DNA of 39,458 nt from Lachnospiraceae bacterium (GTDB lineage: Bacteria > Bacillota > Clostridia > Christensenellales > Aristaeellaceae): positions 1 through 39,458 of the forward strand of contig CAVBFK010000224.1 in NCBI GenBank assembly GCA_963594395.1, written 5' to 3'. Each line of letters begins with the position of its first letter. Position 1 is the stretch's first letter. The notes beneath the pieces were generated by a model, which saw nothing but the letters and a program-made list of their open reading frames with translations, did not search any database and had not been told where the DNA came from. The position numbers and the translations under genes are program-made. This document shows positions 17,278 to 26,237 of this stretch, piece by piece.

Positions 17278-18438
17278 GTGAGAACCATGGCTGTTCTGGG
17301 ATCGACGGGATCCATTGGCACCCAGGCACTTTCCTTGGTGCGTCTGCATCCTGAAGAATACCGCATTACCGCCCTGACGGCGCACAGCAACAAGGAGCGC
17401 CTGTTTGAGCAGGTGCGGGAATTCCATCCGGAGATGGCTGGCCTGACCAAGCCGATTCCCATGAGCGAAATCCCTGAGGATCTCCGTAAGGTGCATTGGG
17501 TCATGGGGGCAGAGGCACTGCATGCCGCGGCGGCGGAAGTCGAAAGCGATATGGTGCTTGTCAGCGTGGTGGGCATTGCCGGCTTGCAAAGCGTCATGGA
17601 TGCCATCGCCGCAGGCCGTCAGGTACTGCTGGCCAATAAGGAAGCGCTGGTGACGGGCGGCCATCTGGTAATGCAGGCGGCCAAGACGGCGGGCAAGCCG
17701 ATCTTGCCTGTAGACAGCGAGCATAGCGCCATTTTCCAGTGCCTGGAGGGTGCTAAGGGCAACGCTCCGGTGAAACTTTTGCTGACGGCATCCGGCGGGC
17801 CTTTCCGCACCTGGGATAAAGAACGTATTGCGCATGCAACCCGGAGCCAGGCTTTGGCACATCCCAACTGGAGCATGGGCGCGAAGATCACCATTGACTC
17901 GGCCAGCATGTTTAATAAAGCGCTGGAAATCATGGAGGCACGGTGGCTGTTTGATATGCCGCCGGAAAAGATTCAGGTTGTGGTGCATCCGCAGAGCATT
18001 GTCCATTCCGCTGTGGAATTTGCAGACGGCGCGGTCATTGCTCAGCTGGGTGTGCCGGATATGCGGGTGCCCATCCAGTATGCCATGGCGTACCCCCGTC
18101 GGCTGACGACAGGATGCAAGCCGCTGGATTTGTTTGCCCTGGGTCAGCTGACCTTTGAAAAAGGAGACACGGAGCGCTTCCCGGCCTTGAAACTGGCAGG
18201 GGAGTGCCTGAACGCCGGCGGTGCGGCCTGCACCATCCTGAACGGCGCCAATGAAGAGGCTGTGGCGGCTTTCCTGCGGGATGAAATTTCCTTCGGTGCC
18301 ATTACCACCTTGGTGGAAGGCGCACTGGAGGCACTGGGCAATCGTCCCGCCGATACACTGGAAGAAATCTTTGAGGCTGACCGTCTGGCTCGGGTGGAAG
18401 TCAAGAAACAGCTTGAACAAGGGAAAGGAATCGTATGA
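17278..18438 (+). CDS. dxr: 1-deoxy-D-xylulose 5-phosphate reductoisomerase
   Basis: GTG 17278 lies 7 nt after GGAGGG (alternative ATG at 17287). LGSTGSIGTQ NADPH-binding motif, plus LANKE, DSEHSA and NKALE motifs. Confidence 0.95.
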   Translation: MRTMAVLGSTGSIGTQALSLVRLHPEEYRITALTAHSNKERLFEQVREFHPEMAGLTKPIPMSEIPEDLRKVHWVMGAEALHAAAAEVESDMVLVSVVGIAGLQSVMDAIAAGRQVLLANKEALVTGGHLVMQAAKTAGKPILPVDSEHSAIFQCLEGAKGNAPVKLLLTASGGPFRTWDKERIAHATRSQALAHPNWSMGAKITIDSASMFNKALEIMEARWLFDMPPEKIQVVVHPQSIVHSAVEFADGAVIAQLGVPDMRVPIQYAMAYPRRLTTGCKPLDLFALGQLTFEKGDTERFPALKLAGECLNAGGAACTILNGANEEAVAAFLRDEISFGAITTLVEGALEALGNRPADTLEEIFEADRLARVEVKKQLEQGKGIV

Positions 18439-19511
18439 CCATCCTGTATGTTTTGCTGGCCATTCTCCTGTTGGCGATCCTGATTGTGGTACACGAGTTT
18501 GGTCACTTTATCTTTGCACGCATCACGGGCATTGAGGTGATGGAATTCTCCGTGGGCTTTGGCCCCAAACTATGGGGCAGGAAGAGCAAGAAGGGGACAC
18601 AGTTCTCCCTTCGGGCCATTCCTCTGGGCGGCTACTGCGCCTTCTATGGGGAAGACGATGTAAATGGGGAACATGTGGATGATCCACGCGCCTATAACAA
18701 ACAGAGCGTATGGAAACGTATGCTTTCCGTGCTCATGGGACCCGGCATGAACTTTGTACTGGCCATTGTGGTGGCCGTGATGTTCTACTGGATCGGCGGC
18801 ATTGCCCATGTGACCGGCTATGAACCCTACATTGCCGAAGTAGCGGCGACGGGCCCCGCCTACTCTGCCGGATTGCAGGACGGCGACATTATTGAATCCA
18901 TCAATGGTGTCAACATGCTGGATGGCACGCAAACAACGCTATTGAATACCATCGCGGCCTATCAGGACGGGGATGATCCCATGGAATTGGTGGTTCGCCG
19001 TGGGGATGAAACCTTCACCACCACTCTGACGCCTTTCTATGATGAGGATGCGGGCAAGTACCGCATCGGCGTGACAGTGTCTGCCTATGTGCTGTCCGAA
19101 ACATCGCCAGCCACCTTCACGGAGGCAGTCAGCGCAGGCTGGAGTTGGTGCAACTACGCCGGCGGCGTGATCCTGAATGCGTTGAAGAACCTGGTGACTA
19201 CCGGCGAGGGACTGGACCAGACCTCCGGCCCGGTAGGCGTTGTGTCCATGGTAACGACGCAGGTGCAGGAGGGCGGCTTTGAGGCATTTATCAGCCTGCT
19301 GATTGTGATTTCCATCAATCTGGGCATCATGAATCTGCTGCCGATTCCCGGCCTGGATGGTTCCCGTTTCCTGTTCATGGTGCTGGAAGCCATTCGCCGC
19401 AAGCCTGTTCCGCCCCAGAAGGAAGCCATGGTGCATCTGTGCGGCTATGTCCTGCTGTTTGCACTGATGATTTTCTTTACCTTCAAGGACGTTATTCGGC
19501 TGTTCAACTGA
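18435..19511 (+). CDS. rseP: RIP zinc metalloprotease RseP
   Basis: ATGA overlap with the dxr stop. HEFGH zinc motif in TM1, a central PDZ-like region, and an NLLPIPGLDG motif. Confidence 0.93.
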   Translation: MTILYVLLAILLLAILIVVHEFGHFIFARITGIEVMEFSVGFGPKLWGRKSKKGTQFSLRAIPLGGYCAFYGEDDVNGEHVDDPRAYNKQSVWKRMLSVLMGPGMNFVLAIVVAVMFYWIGGIAHVTGYEPYIAEVAATGPAYSAGLQDGDIIESINGVNMLDGTQTTLLNTIAAYQDGDDPMELVVRRGDETFTTTLTPFYDEDAGKYRIGVTVSAYVLSETSPATFTEAVSAGWSWCNYAGGVILNALKNLVTTGEGLDQTSGPVGVVSMVTTQVQEGGFEAFISLLIVISINLGIMNLLPIPGLDGSRFLFMVLEAIRRKPVPPQKEAMVHLCGYVLLFALMIFFTFKDVIRLFN

Positions 19512-19531
19512 TTTGAAAGAGGGAAAAATCA

Positions 19532-20599
19532 ATGAGCTCTGTACGTGAAGTGACCGTCGGCTCCCTGAAGATGGGTGGCAACAACCCTGTATGGGTGCAG
19601 TCCATGACCAATACAGATACCCGCGATGTGGAGGCTACTTTGGCACAGATTCGTGCCTTGGCGGCGGCCGGGTGCGATATCGTCCGCGTCAGCGTCTATG
19701 ACGAGGAGTGCGCCAAAGCCGTGCGGAAGCTGGTAGACGGCTCTCCGGTGCCACTGGTGGCAGATATTCACTTTGATCATCATCTGGCCATTATGGCCGC
19801 GGAAAACGGCATTGCCAAGCTGCGGATTAACCCCGGCAACATTGGCGGCGAAGCCCACGTCCGCATGCTGGCTGACTGCGCCAAGCAGCATCATATTCCG
19901 ATTCGTATCGGCGTGAACAGCGGCTCCATTGAGAAAGAAATTCTCGCTAAGTATGGCGAACCCACGGCGGAAGGCATGGTGGAAAGCGCTCTTCAGCACG
20001 CAAGAATGTTGGAGAAGGCCGGCTTTGAGGACATTGTGCTGTCCATGAAGGCATCCAGCGTGAAGCTGACCATTGAGACGTACCAGCTGGCGGCACAGAA
20101 GTGTGACTACCCTCTGCACGTAGGCGTTACGGAGGCAGGTCTGCCCGGACAGGGAACCATCAAGAGCGCCATCGGCATTGGTGCACTGCTGGCACAGGGC
20201 ATTGGCGATACTATCCGCGTTAGCCTGACGGGCGATCCTGTACCCGAAGCAAAGGCCGCATGGGATATCCTGCGGGCGCTGGATATGCGTACCCACGGCG
20301 TGCAGTTGGTGTCTTGCCCTACTTGCGGCAGAACCTGCATCAATGTGGCAGGCATTGCATCCCGCGTGGAGCAGGAACTGGCAGATATTAAGGTTCCGTT
20401 GAAGGTGGCTGTTATGGGCTGTGTGGTTAATGGCCCCGGCGAGGCACGGGAAGCGGACATTGGCATTGCCGGCGGCAAGAACAGCGGCGCACTGTTCATT
20501 AAAGGTCAGCCTGCCCGCAAGGTGGAAGGCGATTTGGCTGAAATCCTTGTGAATGCGGCTCGGGAAATTGCCGAGGAAAAGCAGAAGGCGGGTTGCTGA
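19532..20599 (+). CDS. ispG: 4-hydroxy-3-methylbut-2-en-1-yl diphosphate synthase
   Basis: VQSMTNTDTRD, RVSVYD and CPTCGR cluster motifs. Conserved position after rseP. Confidence 0.95.
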   Translation: MSSVREVTVGSLKMGGNNPVWVQSMTNTDTRDVEATLAQIRALAAAGCDIVRVSVYDEECAKAVRKLVDGSPVPLVADIHFDHHLAIMAAENGIAKLRINPGNIGGEAHVRMLADCAKQHHIPIRIGVNSGSIEKEILAKYGEPTAEGMVESALQHARMLEKAGFEDIVLSMKASSVKLTIETYQLAAQKCDYPLHVGVTEAGLPGQGTIKSAIGIGALLAQGIGDTIRVSLTGDPVPEAKAAWDILRALDMRTHGVQLVSCPTCGRTCINVAGIASRVEQELADIKVPLKVAVMGCVVNGPGEAREADIGIAGGKNSGALFIKGQPARKVEGDLAEILVNAAREIAEEKQKAGC

Positions 20600-20650
20600 A
20601 AAAAACAGGGTGGCTCTGCCACTTTGCCGAAATGCTAAGGAGGTGGCTCC

Positions 20651-21559
20651 ATGATCGACCTGTGCACTTTGGGAACAGGCGGCGCGTTGCCGCTTCCTGA
20701 GCGCAGTTTGGCCAGCTTGTATGTGCGCATGAACGGGCACGGTCTGCTGATTGACTGCGGTGAAAATACGCAGACGGCTATTCGCCGGCTGGGATGGGGT
20801 TTTCACGGCATTGACGGCATGCTGATTACCCACTACCATGCAGATCACTGCGGCGGCCTGCCGGGATTTCTCCTTTCCATGGCCAAGGCAGGGCGGACAG
20901 AGCCTTTTCCTATCTGGGGTCCTGCAGGATTGAAACGGGTGGTCAACGGTCTCCGCGTGGTGGCACCTCAGCTTCCGTATCCGGTGGAACTTCACGAGTT
21001 CGGTCATGAAGAAATCAAATTTGAGGCCATCGGTCTGGAGGTTGAAACCTTCCGCTTAGAGCACAGCGTAACTTGTTTCGGCTATCGGTTTACGCTGAAA
21101 CGCCCAGGCGCATTCCAGCCGGAAAAGGCCAAGGCGTTGGAGATCCCGCTGCCGTACTGGAAACAGCTCCAGCACGGCGAAACGGTGACCCTGCCGGACG
21201 GCCGATGCATTCAGCCATCCGATGTGCTGACGGCTCCACGGCGCGGGCTTAGCTTCCTGTATGCAACGGATACCCGCCCTACGGAAAGCATTGTGACCAT
21301 GGGGCAGGGGACGGATTTGATGATCCTCGAAGGCATGTACGGCGATGATACCAAAATGCCGCAGGCCTTGAAGAACCGTCACATGCTTTTCCGTGAATCG
21401 GCAGAGCTGGCGCGGCAGGCAGGTACGAAGAAACTGGTGCTGACTCACTTTAGCAACTGCATTGATGACCCGGAAATGTACATTGGGGAGGCTACGAGCA
21501 TTTTCCCCAACACGGTGGCGGCACAGGATTTGATGACCCTGTCGCTGGATTATGAATAA
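20651..21559 (+). CDS. MBL-fold metallo-hydrolase, ribonuclease Z/BN-like
   Basis: N-terminal LGTGGALPLPERSLASLYV...LIDCGENTQ and the HxHxDH motif (ITHYHADHCGG). SD AAGGAGG lies 7 nt upstream. Confidence 0.8.
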   Translation: MIDLCTLGTGGALPLPERSLASLYVRMNGHGLLIDCGENTQTAIRRLGWGFHGIDGMLITHYHADHCGGLPGFLLSMAKAGRTEPFPIWGPAGLKRVVNGLRVVAPQLPYPVELHEFGHEEIKFEAIGLEVETFRLEHSVTCFGYRFTLKRPGAFQPEKAKALEIPLPYWKQLQHGETVTLPDGRCIQPSDVLTAPRRGLSFLYATDTRPTESIVTMGQGTDLMILEGMYGDDTKMPQALKNRHMLFRESAELARQAGTKKLVLTHFSNCIDDPEMYIGEATSIFPNTVAAQDLMTLSLDYE

Positions 21560-21581
21560 AAGCAGGAAAGGGCTTGAGAAG

Positions 21582-22193
21582 ATGAAGAAACGGTTCGTTT
21601 GCTTTGTCTTGCAGGCTCTTTTTCTATGCATGGCGGTAACTTGCGCCTACGCAATGGATCAGCAAAAACTGTATGACGGCGCGGTCAAGCTCATGGAAGA
21701 AAGCTGCTATGAGGAAGCCAAGGCTGTGCTTGATGTATTGGGTATCTATCAGGACAGCCAAACACTAGTGGCAGAATGCGAGCAACAGCTGGGCGATATG
21801 GCGCAAGCGGCACAAACGGGTACCGATACGCTTGATCTTCTGGTGCAGGCCACGCTGGCGGATGCCAATCATGTAGGCAATGAATGGGCACCCGCGTTTT
21901 ATGCGAACGGTGAATTTCTGGCATGGACAAAGGCAGAAGAGAGAGCTTTTGAAATCACATCGGCAACGGTTCACGTATCAAAAGGCGATACGCTGCTACT
22001 GAAGTGCATCATCGAAGAGATGGATACGTATCCGGATATCGGAAAGTACCAGGAAGAAATAGCGGTCACAGAGGATCTCCTGCAAAACGGAACAAGCATG
22101 ACATGGACGGTAACCGTGCAGGAAAACATGGGACGATATTCCGGAAGAGAAGCTGAGTGGCAGGTGCTCATTACCATTACACCCAGCACGTGA
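21582..22193 (+). CDS. hypothetical secreted protein
   Basis: Start at MKKRFVCFVLQALFLCMAVTCAYA, a signal-peptide-like sequence. I recognise no family. Confidence 0.6.
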   Translation: MKKRFVCFVLQALFLCMAVTCAYAMDQQKLYDGAVKLMEESCYEEAKAVLDVLGIYQDSQTLVAECEQQLGDMAQAAQTGTDTLDLLVQATLADANHVGNEWAPAFYANGEFLAWTKAEERAFEITSATVHVSKGDTLLLKCIIEEMDTYPDIGKYQEEIAVTEDLLQNGTSMTWTVTVQENMGRYSGREAEWQVLITITPST

Positions 22194-22233
22194 TGTGACT
22201 GTGGATTTTTCTTGTATCTTTCACGGCTCTGCC

Positions 22234-22262
22234 TTGTTTCTTCTTTTCCACTGTGCTATGAT
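22234..22262 (+). promoter_or_regulatory. promoter with extended -10 for the LarA-like gene
   Basis: TTGTTT (22234-22239), 17-nt spacer, TGcTATGAT (22254-22262). GAGGAGG at 22273-22279 follows almost immediately. Confidence 0.55.
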
Positions 22263-22288
22263 GAAGCTACGCCGAGGAGGCGAGAAAG

Positions 22289-23713
22289 ATGGAATATGAA
22301 CGGCGTCGAAAGGCGCAGCAGTATGCGGACGGTGCGGAAGAGCAGGACGATGCTTATGAACCCTGCTATCGCGACGGTTCGCTGAAAAGTGAGTGCTGGA
22401 ATGACAAAGGCACGAAGGGACGGGGTGTTAAGAAAATGATGGAAAAGAAATTTGATCTTGCTTATGGCGATGGCGTTATCCCGTTGACGGTCAAAGCACG
22501 GGAAATTGAAGTGCTGGAGGCAGTGACCCCTGCCCCTGTGACAGATCTGAAGGAGACCTTCCGCAAGGCCGTGGAGGAAGAAGTGATTGCATCTGCTCCG
22601 CTGAAAGAGGTGCTGACCAAGGATGATCAGGTAACCATCATTATCAGCGACCAGACCCGTGCATGGATGCATCAGGAGCGCATTTGTCCTTTGTTGCTGG
22701 ATTATTTGCATGACGTGATCGGCATCCAGGATGATCAGGTGCTGTTTCTGATTGCCCTGGGCACCCATCGTGACCAGACGGAGGCAGAACTCCGCGCTTT
22801 GGTGACAGATGGTGTGTATGACCGCGTTCGGGTGGTCAATCACGATGCCCGCCATAACCTGACCTATCTGGGCACTACTACCCGCGGCACTAAGGTGGAA
22901 GTAGATCCTCTGGTGGTTGGACGCAAGGTGATCATGATGGGCGGCACGGTGCACCACCTGCTGGCTGGCTACGGCGGCGGACGGAAGAGCATCCTGCCCG
23001 GCATCAGCGGTATCGATACCATTCAGCAGAATCATTCCCTGGCCTTGGATCCTGTGCTGCCCAAGTCCAGCAATCTGGTGGGCTGCGGCAAGACCCACAT
23101 GAACCCCGTGCATGAGGACATGATGGAAGCGGCCGCCATGGTAGGCCCTGTGTTCTCCATCAACCTGGTGGTGGATGGCAGTGGCAATCTGCTGGCTATG
23201 CCCAGCGGTGATTGGCGGAAAGCCTGGGAAGAAAGCTGTCATCTGGTGGACAAGTACAATGGCGTTCCGCTGAAGGAAAAGGCAGACGTGGTGCTGACCT
23301 CCTGCGGCGGATTCCCCAAGGATATTAACCTGTATCAGTCCTCCAAGACGCTGATCAATGCGTATCAGGCTGTGAAGGAAGGCGGCACGCTGATCTTCAT
23401 GAGCGAGTGCCGCGAGGGCGGCGGCCCGGAAGAGTTCTTCGGCTGGAGCCGTTATCTTCCCAGCGGTACGCTGGATCAGGAGCTCCGTGCCCACTTCACC
23501 ATTGCAGGCTACATTTTCTACGCTTGCTGTGAGATGGCTTCCCATACGAAGATGTACGTCATGTCCAAACTGCCGGCTGAAACGCTGAAGAATATGAAGA
23601 TCCGCGGCGTGAACAGCGCAGAGGAATTGCAGTCTCTGCTGGACTTCGGCGATCAGCGGGTGATTGTCATGCCCCACGGCAGCAGTACCGTCCCTGTTCT
23701 CGAAAAAAAGTGA
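22289..23713 (+). CDS. LarA-like nickel-pincer-dependent racemase/epimerase family protein (DUF2088-type); alternative start 22436
   Basis: IIISDQTR, ALGTHR and HHLLAGYGGGRKSILPG motifs are present. The His-to-Lys +10 spacing matches my recollection of the LarA His174/Lys184 site. ATG 22289 lies 9 nt after GAGGAGG. The canonical-length protein would start at MMEKKFDL (22436), which has only a weak SD. Confidence 0.8.
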   Translation: MEYERRRKAQQYADGAEEQDDAYEPCYRDGSLKSECWNDKGTKGRGVKKMMEKKFDLAYGDGVIPLTVKAREIEVLEAVTPAPVTDLKETFRKAVEEEVIASAPLKEVLTKDDQVTIIISDQTRAWMHQERICPLLLDYLHDVIGIQDDQVLFLIALGTHRDQTEAELRALVTDGVYDRVRVVNHDARHNLTYLGTTTRGTKVEVDPLVVGRKVIMMGGTVHHLLAGYGGGRKSILPGISGIDTIQQNHSLALDPVLPKSSNLVGCGKTHMNPVHEDMMEAAAMVGPVFSINLVVDGSGNLLAMPSGDWRKAWEESCHLVDKYNGVPLKEKADVVLTSCGGFPKDINLYQSSKTLINAYQAVKEGGTLIFMSECREGGGPEEFFGWSRYLPSGTLDQELRAHFTIAGYIFYACCEMASHTKMYVMSKLPAETLKNMKIRGVNSAEELQSLLDFGDQRVIVMPHGSSTVPVLEKK

Positions 23714-23825
23714 ACAATCTGTGTGAAATCTAAGAAAAAAATGCTCCGCTGAAGCGATTTTGACGTGAATGATTCAAAAATCGTCTTCAGTTGGAGGATT
23801 TTTTGTGGCGGATTTTGAAAAGTTA

Positions 23826-23834
23826 TGATATAAT
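23826..23834 (+). promoter_or_regulatory. extended -10 element (TGaTATAAT) upstream of the rnj leader
   Basis: TGATATAAT read directly. No good -35 lies at 17 nt. It implies a 5-prime UTR of about 200 nt. Confidence 0.45.
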
Positions 23835-24039
23835 GGGACGAAAGAGATGGCATATTGCAAACTGTATACCATCGAAGCCGTAGATGGGAGGGCTTTTTAT
23901 CCGAACATTGATCGGCAGATGGGCATTCTGTGCCTGGAAAAATAATGACCGGCGCGTGTCCGGTTCAAGATAGCGAGGGAGCAGTGTAGCCCCTGAGCTT
24001 TATGTTGTGTACCATTGGAAGTTCGAAAGGAGGTATCCC

Positions 24040-25716
24040 GTGAGCCAAAGAGCAAATCAGGAGACGACGAGCAAGCTGCGGATTGTCTCATTAGGCGGCG
24101 TGGATGAAATCGGTAAGAATATGACCGTCTTCGAGTATGAAGACGATATTGTGGTGGTTGACTGCGGCAGTATCTTCCCCAAGGAGGATATGCTGGGCGT
24201 TGACCTGGTCATCCCGGACGTGAGCTACCTGGTGTCGAAGAAGAAGAATGTCCGCGGTTACCTGTTCACCCACGGCCATGAGGATCACATCGGCGCAACG
24301 CCGTACATTCTCCGTCAGGTGCCTGCACCTTTGTACGGCACCAAGCTGACCCTGGCATTGGTGGATTTGAAGCTGAAGGAGCACCGCGTGCCCAACATCA
24401 CCATGCACGTGGTGCAGCCCCGTGATGAGGTGCAGCTGGGCAAGTTCACCTGCAAGTTCATCCACGTGAGCCACTCCATCGCAGGCGCTTGCGCCATTGC
24501 CATTACCTGCCCTGCCGGCACGGTGGTGGTTAGCGGTGACTTCAAGGTGGACTACACGCCTATCGATGGTCAGGTAACTGACCTGCAGACCCTGGCTTCC
24601 CTGGGCGAGAAGGGCGTCATGGCATTGCTGTGCGAATCCACCAACGTGGAGCGTCCCGGCCAGACCATGAGCGAGATGAAGATCGGTCCCACCTTTGAAA
24701 AGCTGTTCCACGAAGCCAAGGGCCGCGTCATTGTAGCCATGTTCGCCAGCAACATCCATCGTATGCAGATGGTGATTGACAACGGCATCCGCTACGGCCG
24801 CCGTGTGTGCTTCATTGGCCGAAGCATGGTGAATGTGAGCCGCGTGGCCATGCAGATTGGCGAACTCAACATTCCCGAAGACTGCATCATTGATGTGGAT
24901 AGCCTGGATCAGTACCCGGATGAAGAAATCCTGGTCATGACCACCGGTAGTCAGGGCGAGCCTATGGCAGGCCTGACCCGCATGGCTTATGCAGAGCATC
25001 GTAAGCTGCAGATCCGCCAGAGCGATATGGTGCTGATTTCTGCAACGCCTATCCCCGGCAATGAGAAGTTCATCTCCCGTGTTATTAACCAGCTGTATCG
25101 TTGCGGTGCTCAGGTGGTGTATGAAGCACTGGCCGATGTGCACGTTTCCGGTCACGCCTGCCAGGAAGAACTGAAGCTGATGCACACGCTGGTACAGCCT
25201 CAGTACTTCATCCCTGTGCACGGCGAATATCGTATGCTGTGGCAGCATGCAGAGCTGGCAGAAAGCATGGGCATGAATCGCAAGAACATTGTGATTCCTG
25301 AAATCGGTCAGGTCATTGAGATGTCCCGCGACAGCCTGAGTCTGGGCGAACAGGTGCCTACCGGCGGCGTGCTGGTGGACGGCTTGGGCATCGGCGACGT
25401 GGGCAATGTGGTGCTGCGTGACCGTAAGCATCTGAGCCAAGATGGCTTGATCATCGTGGCCATGGCCATTGACCGCGATCAGGGCATGCTGGTCAGCGGC
25501 CCGGATATCATCAGCCGCGGCTTCATCTACGTCCGCGAGAATGAGGACATCATCGAGAGTATGCGGGAAGTGGTTCGTGGCATCCTTCGCGAGTCCAGCC
25601 TGGATGGCGCTGATTGGGTGGCACTGAAGAACCGCATTAAGGACGACCTGCACCGCTACATTTACGAGAAGATTAAGCGTAATCCCATGATTCTGCCCAT
25701 CATCCTTGATGTGTAA
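24040..25716 (+). CDS. rnj: ribonuclease J
   Basis: GTG 24040 lies 6 nt after GAAAGGAGG. LRIVSLGGVDEIGKNMTVFEY, THGHEDHIGA (HxHxDH), and beta-CASP plus C-terminal domain length of about 558 aa. Confidence 0.94.
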   Translation: MSQRANQETTSKLRIVSLGGVDEIGKNMTVFEYEDDIVVVDCGSIFPKEDMLGVDLVIPDVSYLVSKKKNVRGYLFTHGHEDHIGATPYILRQVPAPLYGTKLTLALVDLKLKEHRVPNITMHVVQPRDEVQLGKFTCKFIHVSHSIAGACAIAITCPAGTVVVSGDFKVDYTPIDGQVTDLQTLASLGEKGVMALLCESTNVERPGQTMSEMKIGPTFEKLFHEAKGRVIVAMFASNIHRMQMVIDNGIRYGRRVCFIGRSMVNVSRVAMQIGELNIPEDCIIDVDSLDQYPDEEILVMTTGSQGEPMAGLTRMAYAEHRKLQIRQSDMVLISATPIPGNEKFISRVINQLYRCGAQVVYEALADVHVSGHACQEELKLMHTLVQPQYFIPVHGEYRMLWQHAELAESMGMNRKNIVIPEIGQVIEMSRDSLSLGEQVPTGGVLVDGLGIGDVGNVVLRDRKHLSQDGLIIVAMAIDRDQGMLVSGPDIISRGFIYVRENEDIIESMREVVRGILRESSLDGADWVALKNRIKDDLHRYIYEKIKRNPMILPIILDV

Positions 25717-25852
25717 GGGTAGGTTGTGGTAAACTATAGGGAGAAGACTCTGACGGGGACAATCCCGGTCGGCGTGCTTCTCCCTTGTGCCGTTTTGGGG
25801 GAAGAAAACGGACAACGGTATCGTTGAATACGCGAAAGGTGGTATATACGTT

Positions 25853-26203
25853 ATGGAATACAGCAGTGCCCATCGCTTGGCGGCAGATATTAAGGCCAGC
25901 GAAGAGTATCAGACCTATCATAGCCTGAAGGATGAAGTCATGGCCGATGAAACCGTGGCCGCCCTCATTAAGGAATACAAGAAACTGCAGATTACTTTGC
26001 AGATGGCGGCCATCAGCGGCCAGAAGACGGATGATGAGGATATGCAGCGGTTTTCCGGCATTTCCTCCCTGCTGTTTGCCAAGCCTGAAGTGAGCCAGTA
26101 TCTGCTGGCGGAAATGAGAATGCAGCAGGCATTGGCGGATATTTTCAAGATTATCACCGAGGCGGCAGATGTGGATATGGGTTTGCCGGGAATGGATGGC
26201 TGA
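25853..26203 (+). CDS. YlbF/YmcA-family regulatory protein
   Basis: A 116-aa helical protein. ADIKASEEYQTYHSLKDEVMADETVAALIKEYKKLQ is typical of the YlbF family. SD GAAAGGTGG. Confidence 0.7.
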   Translation: MEYSSAHRLAADIKASEEYQTYHSLKDEVMADETVAALIKEYKKLQITLQMAAISGQKTDDEDMQRFSGISSLLFAKPEVSQYLLAEMRMQQALADIFKIITEAADVDMGLPGMDG

Positions 26204-26237
26204 CCGCGTCGCCGGACGCAGCAAGGAGGCGTAAAGC

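Noticed and set aside
22263-22435. The possibility that the sequence upstream of the canonical LarA start is a metal (NiCo-type) or other riboswitch.
   Set aside because: A strong SD and an in-frame ATG follow the promoter almost immediately, and the stretch has no stop codon. I could not recognise any riboswitch consensus or a terminator/antiterminator pair. It is treated instead as a possible N-terminal extension, and a cmscan would settle it.
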